The notes under the pieces were generated by a model that was given only the letters and a program-made list of their open reading frames with translations, searched no databases and was not told where the DNA came from. Of a stretch of 64,000 nucleotides of DNA, positions 1 to 12,965 are shown piece after piece (within the stretch, counting starts at the first letter, position 1; the number at the start of each line of letters is the position of its first letter). The translations under genes were made by a program, and so were the position numbers. The stretch covers positions 55,490,001 to 55,554,000 of the forward strand of contig OX597823.1 of the NCBI GenBank assembly GCA_951406725.2, read 5' to 3'. Source of the stretch: Octopus vulgaris (lineage: Eukaryota).

Positions 1-247
1 TTCAAATTAAAATTATAAAGCTGCAGTGTTTGATTTCTTAATTTGATTAGACTATTTCTCTGTACTTGCTTGTCTGCATTGTTGTCTACAGTACATATTC
101 ACAATATCTCTTCTGTCAGTTTATAGAGATTCCGTGTCTCATTTTTCTCAACGTATCAACTGTCTTCATTGCCATTTATTGTATATTTTCTATCTACCAG
201 TTTATCTAATATTGTAGTGTTGGATTGCTTCACCTGTTCCACTATAC

Positions 248-706
248 TGATTTCAAATTTTGGTAACAAGGCAATCAATTTCAGGGGAGGAAGGGTAAGT
301 CGGTTACATCACACCCCAGTATTCAACTGGTACATAATTTATTCACCTCGGAAACATGAAAGGCAAAGCCAACATCGGCGGAATTTGAACTCAGAACGTA
401 AAAACGAACGAAATGCCGCTAAGCATTTTGCCCAGCGTGCTAATGATTCTGCCAGCTCGCCGTCTTCACCTGTTCCGCTATACTGATTTCAAATGTTGGC
501 ACAAAGCAATCAATTTCGGAGCGGGGCTGGGGGGAATAAGTCGATTACAACAACTCCAGTGCTCAAATGGTACTCATTTTACCCACCCGAAACGATGAAG
601 TTCAAAGTCGATATCGGTTGAATTTGAACCCTGAAAGTATAAAAACAAACGAAATGCCGCTAAGCATTTTGCCCAGAGTGCTAACGTTTCAACCAGCTCG
701 CCGCCC
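248..706 (-). mobile_element. Two tandem diverged copies of tRNA-derived SINE family A
   Basis: Minus-strand head ggcggcgagctggcagaa...gagttcaaattcc (A/B boxes) followed by the gcctttcat...gtaccag central domain. The motif cttcacctgttccactata recurs at about 228, 464 and 705. Confidence 0.85.
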
Positions 707-964
707 TCACTTGTTCCACTATATTGTTTCTTGGCATTGCTCTCTATTTGACATTATCCCTTAGTCTAAATGTGCACTTCATTATACTTCGGCAATCTAA
801 CCTCTTTCGCCGTATCTTATTTTTTATCCATTTGCATGCTCTTCTGCAATATTTTCTCTGTACATTGTTTTCTGTTGGACAGTTTCCACTCTATCATTTG
901 TTTTACTGTACACTTTGTAATGTTTTAACATTCTGATCTGATTTACTGCAGCCTTTGTTAAAAG

Positions 965-1187
965 CAGTGTTTCTCAACCATTCTTTTTACCTAAGGACCT
1001 CTTTTGATTCCTATTTTACTCGGATGAACACTTATAGCCATTCAATGTTTACAAATCCAATCATATTTTTATACTTAAATATGAGGAATTACATTTAAAA
1101 AAGTGTTTTGTGTATTGTAGAAGGCCGATTTTTTTTGTACATAAACGTGAACAAAATCTTACAGGGAACCCCAGTTGAGAACAACTG
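965..1187. mobile_element. hAT (Charlie/MER5-like) MITE
   Basis: TIRs cagtgtttctcaac / gttgagaacaactg with an imperfect 8-bp TSD gttaaaag / gtataaag. Confidence 0.7.
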
Positions 1188-1429
1188 GTATAAAGTGATC
1201 TACTACACATTAAACCCCTACCATTTGCCTAACTGCACCAGTTTGACGCTGTATTCATTGTTTGTTGCTGTCTAACCGCATACTTGAATTATTCTCAATT
1301 TGGTCCTTTGTCCTGACAGTTTACTCTCCGACAATCTTGGTTATACTTAGTATCTGCAATGGGTGGCCTCTTAACATTCTGTTGCTGGATTTACTATTTC
1401 ATTAAACGCACATTCTAACTGTACTGTAC

Positions 1430-1591
<162 letters not shown>

Positions 1592-1744
1592 TCAATTCAA
1601 GTTATCCATCTCATCCGTGACCATGCCATCTTTTATGGGTATTTAGGACTCCATTACCTAATGTGCCCTTTAACTTAAAAAAAAATTAGATGGGATTTGA
1701 GGAAGAAGTGAGTTGATATAGTTTATGAATAACTGTATTGAATA

Positions 1745-2360
1745 AATTTTCTACTCTAAGCACAAGGCCTGAAATTTTCTGGGAGGGGGCGAGTCGATTA
1801 GATCGACATCAGTACGCAACTGGTACTTAATTTATCGGCCCCGAAAGGATGAAAGGCAGAGTCGACCTCGGCAGTATTTGAACTCAGAACATAAAGACAG
1901 ACGAAATACCACTAAGCATTTCACCCAATGTGCAAACGTTTCTTATTTCTTTATTGCCCTCAAGGAGCTAAACATAGAGGGGACAAACAAGGACAGACAA
2001 AGGGATTAAGCCGATTACATCGACTCCAGTGCGTAACTGGTACTTAATTTATCGACCCTGAAAGGATGAAAGGCAAAGTCGATCTCGGCGGAATTTGAAC
2101 TCAGAACGTAACGGCAGACGAAATACCTATTTCTTTACTACCCACAAGGGGCTAAACACAGAGAGGACAAACAATGACAGACAAACGGATTAAGTCGATT
2201 ATATCGACCTCAGTGCGTAACTGGTACTTATTTAATCGACCCCCAAAGGATGAAAGGCAAAGTCGACCTCGGTGGAATTTGAACTCAGAACGTAACGGCA
2301 GACGAAATGTCGCTAAGCATTTCGCCCAGCGTGCTAACGTTTCTGCCAGCTCGCCGCCTT
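1745..2360 (-). mobile_element. SINE family A, head-to-tail trimer
   Basis: Three repeats of aaggatgaaaggcaaagtcgacctcggcggaatttgaactcagaac; complete head ends at ccagctcgccgcctt (about 2359). Confidence 0.92.
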
Positions 2361-2855
2361 AGCTATATTGAATAACTGATTGTACTCTATTTTGAGTCTA
2401 TTTTGTTAGACTGTCCTGTGTAATACTTTCATTTATCTGCATTTTGAGTCTGTAGATCAAACCCGAGCTGATATATGAAAAATCCAATCTCGTCAAGACG
2501 ATCTGATATTATTTTGTTACGCCAAGGACTACATTGTTCAATGTATGTTTCCTTATCTAAGATGACAAGGTATGATTTGAAGAACATATGGTTGCTCCCA
2601 TGTTGGTTCGTGTGTTTTCTTTTACCTTTTTGTTTTATTATTACAATGGTGCGGTGACTGCATCACTTGCTCAGAAACACAAATACCCGCTCTGGCTATC
2701 TCAATTTTTTCCTTCCTATTCACGATGCTCTCTTACAATAAATAAACAAAAATAAGAGGGGGAAAAAAGAACAAATATTATTTGACCAAAACCGTGTCTG
2801 CCACTTGCCATATCCAGTGGGATATACAGTAAAATTTCAGCTCAGGAGACAATGT

Positions 2856-2897
2856 TTACTTGTATGGAAAATCAGAATATATGTCAACACCAGACTT
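2856..2897 (-). CDS. Candidate terminal coding exon (KSGVDIYSDFPYK*) of an unidentified minus-strand gene
   Basis: Minus-strand acceptor ctaaaatactgcgttgttgcatttcag, then 13 codons and TAA, in apparently unique sequence; AATAAA on the minus strand near 2634-2639. No homologue recognised. Confidence 0.3.
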   Translation of the reverse strand, partial: KSGVDIYSDFPYK

Positions 2898-3141
2898 CTG
2901 AAATGCAACAACGCAGTATTTTAGATGGATGATTCGCGAAACTCTCCACGAATGATTTACAATCTTTTTGATTTCGAGATACACTGGAGAATAAATAAAA
3001 ACTTGTGACTCATTTCGAAAGTAAAGTTAGAAAAATAAAATAACGAAAACCTTCCAAAAATTATGTTTTAAAGATTGAAATTTAGAAAGCAATACACAAT
3101 ATATTTTGATCACCTGATTTTATTAAACGTTCTTCTGTGTT

Positions 3142-3720
3142 TAAGGCGGCGAGTTGGCGGAACCGCTAGCGTTTCAAACAAAATGCTCAGCAGTTTTTTT
3201 TCTTCTCTTTACGTTCTGAGTTCAAATTCCGCCGAGGTCGACTTTGCCTTTCATCCTTTGGGGATCGATAAATTAAGTACCAGTTACGCACTGGGGTCGA
3301 TGTAATCGACTTGATTCCTTTGTCTGTCCTTGTTTGTCCTCTCTGTGTTTAGCTCCTTGTGGGTAGTAAAGAAATAGGTATTACGTCTGCCGCTACGTTC
3401 TGAGTTCAAATTCCGCCGAGGTCGACTTTGCCTTTCATCCTTTCGGGGTCGATTAAATAAGTAGCAGTTACGCACTGGGGTCGATATAATCGACTTAATC
3501 CGTCTGTTTGTTTGTCCTCTCTGTGTTTAGCCCCTTGTGGGTAGTAAAGAAATAGGTATTTATTCTTCTCTTTACGTTCTGAACTCAAATCCCGCCGAGG
3601 TCAACTTTGCCTTTCAGCTTTTTGAGATTGATAAAATAAATAGTAAAGTTGTAGGGTTGATGTTGTTGAATTACTTCTGCCCTCAAAATTGCCGGCCTTG
3701 TGCCAAATTAGAACTTGATT
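3142..3720 (+). mobile_element. SINE family A, head-to-tail trimer
   Basis: aaggcggcgagttggcggaa head; three ttctgagttcaaattccgccgaggtc-like blocks joined at aagaaatag|gtatt. Confidence 0.92.
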
Positions 3721-3804
3721 ATACTTCTATGTAATAAAAGTTTGAATAACATGCTTCTCGAGACAGTCATGTTTTTTTTATAGCCTTAAATTCTTTAAAA
3801 TCTT

Positions 3805-4150
3805 CTCTCTTTTACGTGTTTCAGTCATTTGACAGGGGCCATGCTGGGGTACCGCCTTGAAGAATATTTAGTCGAACGTATCTAGTTCTGTAATTATTTT
3901 TATTAAGCTTATTACTAATTCAATCAATCGCTTTTGCCAAACCGTTAAGTTACGGGGACGTAAGCTCATATAAACACAAAGACACGCATAATATATGTGT
4001 ATGCGAGCGCCTGTGTGTATACATACGTATGTGTGCGTGTGTGTGTATAAATATATATACGAAGAGCTTCTTTCAGTTTTCATCTATCAAATCAATTCAC
4101 AAGGCCCTGGATTATAGTAGAAGACACTTGCTCAATGTGCCGTGGATTGA
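3805..4150 (-). mobile_element. SINE family B (tRNA head, internal microsatellite), degenerate
   Basis: tttcagtcatttgac...gccatgctgg tail and tagtagaagacacttg block, shared with the copies at 39976 and 61340. Confidence 0.8.
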
Positions 4151-4432
4151 AAGTGAATTATGTATATTTTCCCTTCAAAATAACTTGCAACACACCATTC
4201 GATAACCGCTATAGTCCCTTAGGAACCTACAGCAATAGACGACGACTGATATAGACCAGGAACCAAGCGACTCAACGTTAACAGATGTTGTTGGCAATAT
4301 AATCCGATATAGCCTCGTTGCCTTTATTATCTTTAGGTTATCTTAGCATTTGAAAGAAATCATTATTAATAAAAATGGATGAAAGATAACCATTATTATT
4401 AATGATTTTCTTATAACGTTGAAACATATTAA

Positions 4433-4522
4433 TGACTACTACTACTACTACTACTACACCTACCACCACCACTACCTACTACTAATGCTACTACAACCAC
4501 CACCACCACTACTACTACTAAG

Positions 4523-4584
<62 letters not shown>
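4433..4584. repeat. (CTA)n/(CCA)n microsatellite
   Basis: Seen directly. Confidence 0.97.
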
Positions 4585-4586
<2 letters not shown>

Positions 4587-4894
4587 TATGTTTGTTTTTT
4601 AAAAATCTTTAATCAGGTTGGAAGTTGGGTCACATGACCCTTTAAAAGATTCCCGTGCCTGGTGAGTGGATGGAATGGACGAAAACATCCTACATACGGA
4701 GATGCGGCCCAAATGGTTGTTACTAACTAAGGGTTCATTAAGCGCTCCCATGCTGTTTATCACCCAAGTGGGCCTATAGCGGGATATTATTGCTCCAAAA
4801 TTTGAAACCCATATTTAATACATTAGAAGAGAAACTTAGTTATAGCAGAAAACATTGTTATATATAAAACATAAGTTATTATTATACTGTCAGT

Positions 4895-5750
4895 TAAGGC
4901 GGCACACTGGCAGAATTATTAACACATTGGACGAAATGCTTAGTGGTATTTCACCCGTCTCTACGTTCTGAGTTCAAATTCCGCCGAGGTCGTCTTTACC
5001 TTTCAATCTTTAGGGGTCAATAAATTAAGTAACAATTGTGTACTGAGGTCGATCTAATCGACTGACCCCCTCCTTACCAAATTTCAGGCCATGTGCATAT
5101 AATAGAAAGGTTTATACTGTCAGATAAGGCGGTGCACTGGCAGAATTGTTTGCACACTGGATGAAATGCTTTGCGGTATTTCGTCTGCCGTTACGTTCTG
5201 AGTTCAAATTCCGCCGAGGTTGACCATGCCTTTCATCCTTTGAAGTCGATTAAATAAGTACCAGTTATGCACTGGGGTCGATATAATCGACTTAATCCGT
5301 TTGTCTGTCCTTGTTTGTCCTCTCTGTGTTTAGCCCCTTGTGGGTAGTAAAGAAATAGGTATTTCGCCCGTTAGTACATTGAGTTCAAATTCCACCGAGG
5401 TCGACCTTACCTTTCATCTCTTGGAGGGGGGGCGATAAAATAAATACCAGTGAAATACAGGGTCGATGTAATAGACTAGTCCCCGCCCCACAAATTTGAA
5501 GCCTTGTGCCTCCAATAGAAAGGATTATTATATTGTTGGGTAAGGTAGCGCGCTGGCAGAATTGTTTGTATGCCTGACTATATGATTATTGGTATTTCGT
5601 CTGTCGCGACGTTCTGAGTTCCAATTCCGCCGAGGTCGACTTTGCCTTTCATCCTGTTGGGGTCGATTAAATAAGTACCAGTTACGCACCAATCGACTTA
5701 TTCCGTTTGACTGTCCTTGTTTGTCCTCTCCGTGTTTAGCCCCTTGTGGG
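4895..5750 (+). mobile_element. Cluster of four SINE family A units
   Basis: Heads at about 4895, 5125 and 5540, plus an internal junction at about 5358; ttatactgtcag duplicated at about 4882 and 5112. Confidence 0.9.
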
Positions 5751-6325
5751 AGAAATAGGACAAACAGGGAGGGTCGTTAGACCAGAACGAGAGTAAAATA
5801 GCGAACGTTGGAAAAATATTTTCTTTGACAAGAGAAAAGATAGAAGAGAGATATAGGAGGGTTGTTCTTAATGTTACTCATCCCGTTTTCCATTTGTTTC
5901 TCTCATTGTTTGCATATTGAACTCATTTGTTTTCGTATTTTATGTTGTTTACTGTTGGTGACGTCCTGTACCCATATATGTTTTGTTATTGTTGTTACTT
6001 GTTATTTTCTTTTTTGTCTTTTCTGTTATATTCAATACTAATTGGCTTGTGGGCGGCTTATTTTTGCTCTAGAACCGGAAGCCAGCCGTATTGAAATGAA
6101 TGCAAACACAAAAGGAGACATATATAAAGTGGTGGTGGTCGTGGTGCTGGGTAGGAAATCGTAATCTTCAACATGATGCATTGAGATAGACGTTCAGGCA
6201 TTAAGAATTTCGCATTGTAATTTTTTAAGAGGTTCATTCTGTGAAACGTTGTTTTAAGTCAATATCATCGGAGTGATCTAAAGAAGCGTCCTTTAGTACT
6301 AAAATTTCAACAGCAATATTAATAA

Positions 6326-6714
6326 CTAGCAGTATCGTCCGGCGTTGCCCGAGTTTGTTTCGACCCTTTAGAATTGGAATTTTTGAAAAGTAATAATGTT
6401 GCATTATGTAGCTTGTTATTCTCTTTAAGTGAACATTTTTCTGGTTGAAATACACCGAAAAATGGCGACACAGCAGTTAAAAAATCGTAACAGATAGGAA
6501 TTTTCATAGAAAAAAAGTACCTTTTTGATGTAAATAATTTTAGGTGTTAACATGGTCCGATTTGAATTTTTCTTCTACGGAAGAAAGAGCAAACCTATCA
6601 TACACTCAATTTTGGTCAACTTGCGCCGCAGGGTCTCGGAGGAGATAGTGTTAGTTGAAGGCTACCAAACCTGCCATACACAAACAACTTCAGCTTTATA
6701 TATATAGAGAGAGA
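6326..6714 (-). mobile_element. Non-autonomous Helitron
   Basis: Minus strand begins TC (tctctctctatatatataaag) and ends cgggcaacgccggacgatactgCTAG, with a GC-rich subterminal hairpin; sits between A and T with no TSD. Confidence 0.75.
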
Positions 6715-6719
6715 TTGCC

Positions 6720-7270
6720 TAAGATTTTGGTTCAAGACCAGTAGGGAGTATTTAACTGGTACAATGTTTTATCACATACTGCGAATTTGACCTCGGCGGG
6801 ATTTGAATTCAGAATGTAAAGAGTCAGAACAAATGTCGCAAAGCATTTTGTCCGACGCGCTGATTCGAGTGCAAGGCCAACAAGGAACGGGTCAGTGAAA
6901 TGCTATCGGCCCCAAGCTTTGGTTGGTATTTTATTTTATCAATTCCGAAAGGAATGAAAGAAAAAGTTGATCTCGGTGGGATTTGAACTCAGAATATAAA
7001 GAGAAGGTAGTAATACGAGCTCTGTAAAGTATTTATTTCAGCGCTCCAAGGATTCTACCAGTCGAAATAGTGATATATTTACTTTCGTATACATGTTCCT
7101 CTCTCTCTCTCTCTCTCTCCTGAGTTCAAATTCTGTTTCTACCAGCTTAGCCTGTCCATAATTCTGCTGAATCAATAATATAAGTATCTAGCATATTATG
7201 GAGTCGATTATATCAACTATACCTTTCTCTCTTAGTGTTTTTGGCCCAGGGCCAATCTAAGAAACCATTA
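6720..7270. mobile_element. Old degenerate SINE family A fragments
   Basis: gacctcggcgggatttgaattcagaa and gatctcggtgggatttgaactcagaa (minus); ctgagttcaaattc (plus, about 7120). Confidence 0.7.
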
Positions 7271-8268
7271 TTAAATGTTTATCAGTGGCTGCTGATTATT
7301 TCTGTTTATTTTATAAGTTCAAATAGCATGCTGGACCGACTCCAACTAAAACGACTACTCTTACATTATGTTTCTGGCAAAATATTGTAAGAAAATATCT
7401 AAAATAAAATATGACAAATTATAAGTAGCACTGGCGTAAAGTCACACTCTGCTACAATAGAATTACTATCACAGATGATAGGGTGCCGAAATAAATATGC
7501 TGATGCTGCCGTGGTCGTTGTTGTTGTTGTTGTGGCTGCTACTGCTCTTGCTGTTTCACCCAATTCAGTCTTAATTGATGAGACTTATGATTAAAGGTAT
7601 TTCGTCCGTGGCAATTACCGTCCTTTTGGACACATGTAGGTTTACACTAATATCGATCCTTTCACTGTTTAAGAGAGTAGGGTGTAATTTGAGGACGATT
7701 TAGTAGCTATTTCTGGTTAACAGTGCGACCATACAGAGGCTACTTCGTACGCTCGGATATTTTGCAGTTTCAGGATTAGTTGAGCAACAATCAAACGAAA
7801 ACTGAGTTGGCCAGTTACTCATGTTGTTGAAATTGTTTAGCCGCGGGTCAGCCTTAATCAAAGGCGTTTCAACAATGAGTGTCTCGTCTTTGCGATCAGG
7901 AATAATGCACTTGCAATTATATTATCGAATGTGTACTTTTTTAAATACACAGCGCGGTATGAGGGAGATTTACTGCTGCATTTAACAGGTCGAGTAACTG
8001 CATGAAAGTTTCATTGTTGGCTCGTGCCTGCATCAGTATAGATGCAATGACTGTGACTAGGTCTCTTGGCGAATTCTGCTGCTCCTTGTGGCTGTCAAAC
8101 ATTTTAGAGTGCGAACCATTTACACCTGAGTTCAAATTCCGCCAAAGTCAACTTTGCCTTTCATCCATTCAGGATCAATAAATTAAGTAGCAATGAAATA
8201 CTAGGGTAGATGTAATCGACTAGTCCCCTCACCCCAAATTTCACGCCTTGTGCCTCTAGTAGAAAGGA

Positions 8269-8612
8269 TTATTACCTCCACCTGAAGGTGGAGGTATTGT
8301 TTTCAGTCATGTTTGTTTGTTTGTCTGTGGAAAGATATCTCAAGAACCACTGGATGGATTCGGATGAAACTTTCAAGGATATTTGGCCTCGTGATTGGTA
8401 TAAACTGATTAGATTTGGGGATTGATCTGGTACTGGACAAAGATTCTGGATTATTTTTCCTGTTTTTTTTTTATTCAATTTTAGTATTCTCATTTGTGAG
8501 AGAAATTGAATTTATTTCAGATATTCTCATTTTAAAAATCATCTCTGTCTAATCGTTGAGAGGACGTTGGTTTTGCCTTGGAAGAGGTTTGCGCTCTCTG
8601 AGTGCTTTTGTT
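8269..8612 (+). mobile_element. Helentron-associated (HINE/DINE-1-like) non-autonomous element
   Basis: 5' attacctccacctgaaggtggaggta hairpin, (gttt)n run, 3' ccttggaagaggt subterminal repeat followed by the gcgctctctgagtgc stem-loop. Confidence 0.7.
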
Positions 8613-8823
8613 ATTATTGTTATTATCAAGGTAGGAAGCTGACAGAGCTGTAAACACGCTGGGCAAAATGCTTAGCAGTGTCTTGGACGAAAAGCGACAG
8701 ATTGCAAAAACCAAAATATGTCGCCTGTCAACGGCATATGTACATTAATTACAATGAATTTTGACGGGAACACATAAGAAGGACCGGTCTCTCGTGTCTG
8801 TTTGCTACATCTCTTTCCGGTCT

Positions 8824-8871
8824 CTGTTGCTGAAGAGGAGATAACTACTCCGAAATACATGCATCCCACAG
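8824..8871 (+). ncRNA. Type I hammerhead ribozyme motif, intact core
   Basis: ctgttg-CTGAAGA-ggag ataacta ctcc-GAAA-tacatgca-TC-ccacag: perfect 4-bp stem II, stem I 5/6 paired, near-palindromic stem III; predicted cleavage after C8865. Confidence 0.75.
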
Positions 8872-9113
8872 TCTGGTTAGGGGGTGCTGTGAGCTGTGAG
8901 ACAGCGATTTGTCTACAGTGAGAATGACTTCCTTAGAGGTTCAAATATGCTTCAAGCATATTTGGATTGGTAACAAGTTTGTATTAATTGTAATATATCG
9001 ATGGTTATTTGAATTTTATTCTACTTCATATACCGGATTTTTAAATTCAGCCCGGTGGCTATTCGCAATATCAATGAAAGTATCATTTGCTGATTGCTAC
9101 ATATCAGAAAGTA

Positions 9114-9437
9114 AAGGCGCGTGGCTCAGTAGTTAGGGGAATTCAGCTTACGATGGTAAAGTCGTGAATTCGATACCCAGCGACGCGTTGTGTCCTTGAG
9201 CAAGACACTTTATTTCCTGTTGCTCCAGTCCACTCATCTAGCAAAAATGAGCTGTACCTGTAATCCAAAGGGCAAGCCTTGTCACATTCTGAGTCACGAG
9301 GAATCTCCCTGAGAGCTACGTTAATGGTACGCGTGTTTGTGAAGTGTCTAGCTACTTACAGGTTAATTTTGTGAGTAGGCTGTTTTGCGGATCGCATCAA
9401 CTGAAGTACTCATTTTCGTAACCGACAGAGCTCCAGC
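9114..9437 (+). mobile_element. tRNA-derived SINE family C
   Basis: aggcgcgtggctcagtagttaggg A box, gaattcgataccc B box, tgtgtccttgagcaagacact domain; 3' tail shared with the copy at 19023. Confidence 0.85.
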
Positions 9438-9683
9438 GATATATAGGACTCAAGAGATTTCTTCAAACCACGTGGCTGCAAGTACAACTCGTTGACAAGG
9501 TTCAAGATAGCCGAAATGCGTCTGGCGTTCTCGCTAGCTGCTTCAGGGACGACGATTTTTGTCCCTCTCCGATATGTGTTGTGTCTTTAACAAAGAATGT
9601 CCATAATAAACTTTATCTCAGACTTAGACACAGTATCTTGCCTGTCAACGATGTGTATACATTAAATAATATATATATATTAA

Positions 9684-9740
<57 letters not shown>

Positions 9741-10666
9741 CGGCCATTTTTATTTAATTCTGCTTCAGTTGCATAGGCCGGATATTTCTTGCTCGTTGTT
9801 ATGCACACGCGCACGCACACACATATCTATCTATCTATGCATACATACATACATACATACATACATACATACCCTTTGCGTATGTGTATATAGATATATA
9901 CACAACAGGTTTCTTTCAGTTTTCGCCAGCCAAATCATCTCACAAGGCTCTGGTCGGTAACGAGGGCACTAGCAGAAAACAATTTGCCCATGATGTCAGG
10001 AGTAGGGTCGAACCCCAAAAACAGGTGGTTGGGAAACAAACCTCTTAACACAGAGGCCATACCAGAGCCTTCACAGCCATGCCTGCGCCTACACAGTCAT
10101 ATTCTGATTTCAAATCCTATCGGTGCCCAATATTTACTTTCAGCGCATCGGTCGGTCTACAAACGTCTATACACGTTATTTTACTATTTCCAATTTTGGA
10201 ATTAATAAAATAAATTAAGTATTTCACAGTTACACTGTAAACTTGCAACGGATAATGTTACCTCCGCATGGCATCTATTTATAGCTTGGTAAATTTGGCC
10301 AGTGAAAGTGGAGTATATTGCGCAGTGAAAAGAAATAATCATTAAAGGCTTTATTTCACTATATCGATGGTAATCAATGAGTCTCTCATAGTCATTTCTT
10401 TCTGCAGGTTCAAATGGTCCACTGGACCGACTCCAACGAAAGCACTGCAGCAGCGTCGAGAGAGGGAAAGGATGCCAATGCTTACGCTCACTCTATCTTT
10501 CCCTCTCCCTCGCTCGCCTTCTCTCTTTCTTTCACAGACACACACACATACGAGCAATCACAAATACACACACACATACACAAACACACACATGCACTAA
10601 TATACACGCACACAGACAGAGAAACACAGGTTCACTCATATAGTTATATATGCTTGTATATATTAC

Positions 10667-10700
<34 letters not shown>

Positions 10701-10811
10701 CCATGCATGTATGTAAATATCTAGGTGTGCGAGTTTATGTATGTATGTATGTATTTATATATATATATATATATATATGCATGTATATGTATGTATTATG
10801 TAATCATATAC

Positions 10812-10925
<114 letters not shown>

Positions 10926-10940
10926 GTTATATATATATAT

Positions 10941-10975
<35 letters not shown>

Positions 10976-11338
10976 AATACACGTACACATACAAGCACAC
11001 ACGCATATGTACATGTATCTATATATGTATGTATGTATGAATGTGTGCATATATTTATGTATGTATGTACATACGTATACATACATGCACACAGGTACAG
11101 ACACACATATACATATACATACAGAGAAAGACGAAGATAGGGATTTCTAGCTATCAAAGACTTGATCAAATCGTTAATAATACTGCGAAGAAAACGGTCG
11201 AGAGGCAAACAAAAATAGCAGCCGTGGTTTTAAACAGATAATAATAGCTTGTTCAGACTGGTCAAACTACTCGCAAGAATCTAAAGTATACACACTCATA
11301 CATATACACATTTGAACTAGGTTTATACATATACATTC

Positions 11339-11429
<91 letters not shown>

Positions 11430-11558
11430 GTATACATATGCATATATCATGTATGTATTTATGTATAGACATCTCAATATATTTCTATCACACAGAAACA
11501 CACTCACTCACACACACACACACACACACGTATGTAATATATTATAAATATTCGCACA

Positions 11559-11599
<41 letters not shown>

Positions 11600-11807
11600 T
11601 ACACACACACATACACACACACGTATATATATATATATTAAGTATATATAGTATATGTTTGGATATATATATGTATATATGTATATATTTATATATATAT
11701 ATTTATATACGTGTATATATATATCTATGTATATATATATATATAATATATATATATGTCTATATACATGCATACATATATGTATATATCCATACATACA
11801 TACATAC

Positions 11808-11848
<41 letters not shown>

Positions 11849-11849
11849 A

Positions 11850-11927
<78 letters not shown>

Positions 11928-11931
<4 letters not shown>

Positions 11932-12112
11932 AGAATTCACGAAGAAAACAAAAGACGAAGAACGGTGGTGTAGACAACAAACAGATGTATTAGTTTAACA
12001 CTCGGGAATTGAAAAAGTCTTTAACGTTTCTAGCCTACGCTCGTCCATGGAAAGGAACACAGAAAGAAACAAGGAGAGAAAAAAATGTGTGTAGCGGCTA
12101 CCGATCTATCAT
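11928..12112 (-). mobile_element. Short TA-embedded repeat with a degenerate hammerhead (Penelope pLTR-like)
   Basis: Minus strand reads cttt-ccatgga-cgagcgtaggcta-GAAACGTT-aaag; similar to 62880-63065 (tgtatta...ctcgg...aaa...acgtttc.agc...gctc). Confidence 0.5.
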
Positions 12113-12117
12113 ACCGA

Positions 12118-12216
<99 letters not shown>

Positions 12217-12455
12217 ATCACATTTATAGAATATAATCGTTCGCCTCAGAAATCACAATGTGAGAATTCACTTTTGAATGTAGAAATACACAGTATACAA
12301 GAATTATACTATCATAATAAAATTTATATTGGGTTTGTTCCTGAAAGGCTTTTCGGAGAAATATGTGTACGACTGTGTGAATGTACGTACGTATGTATGA
12401 TTGTATGTATGTATGTATGTATGTATGTATGTATGTATGTATGTATGTATGTATG

Positions 12456-12489
<34 letters not shown>

Positions 12490-12604
12490 TGTATGTATGT
12501 ACAATTTTTCGTTGCTTATCATTTCTCCACGTGCGGTCAACACAACCCCACCATTTATTGATCTATATATATATATACACATATACATACTTTCATACAC
12601 ACAC

Positions 12605-12770
12605 ATATACGACGGGATTCTTTTACTTTCCCTCTACCAAATCCACTCACAAAGCTTTGGTCGGCTCGAGGCTATAGTGGAAAACACTTGCCTTAGATGT
12701 CATTTGTGACTGAACCCGAAACCATATGGTTGGGAAGCAAACTTCTAACCACACATCCACGCCTGAGCCT
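12605..12770 (-). mobile_element. SINE family B 5' half
   Basis: ctaccaaatccactcacaaagctttggtcggc...gactgaaccc...aaccacac. Confidence 0.8.
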
Positions 12771-12934
12771 ACATGTGTGTTTGTGTATGTGTGCGTGTGT
12801 GTGTGTGTGCGTGCGTGTGTTTGTGAGTGTGTGTGTATACGTATATACCTATGTCTATATATATATATATATATACACACGCATATATATATGTATAAGA
12901 ATATGTATATATTTGTCTATGCATATATATGTAC

Positions 12935-12965
<31 letters not shown>

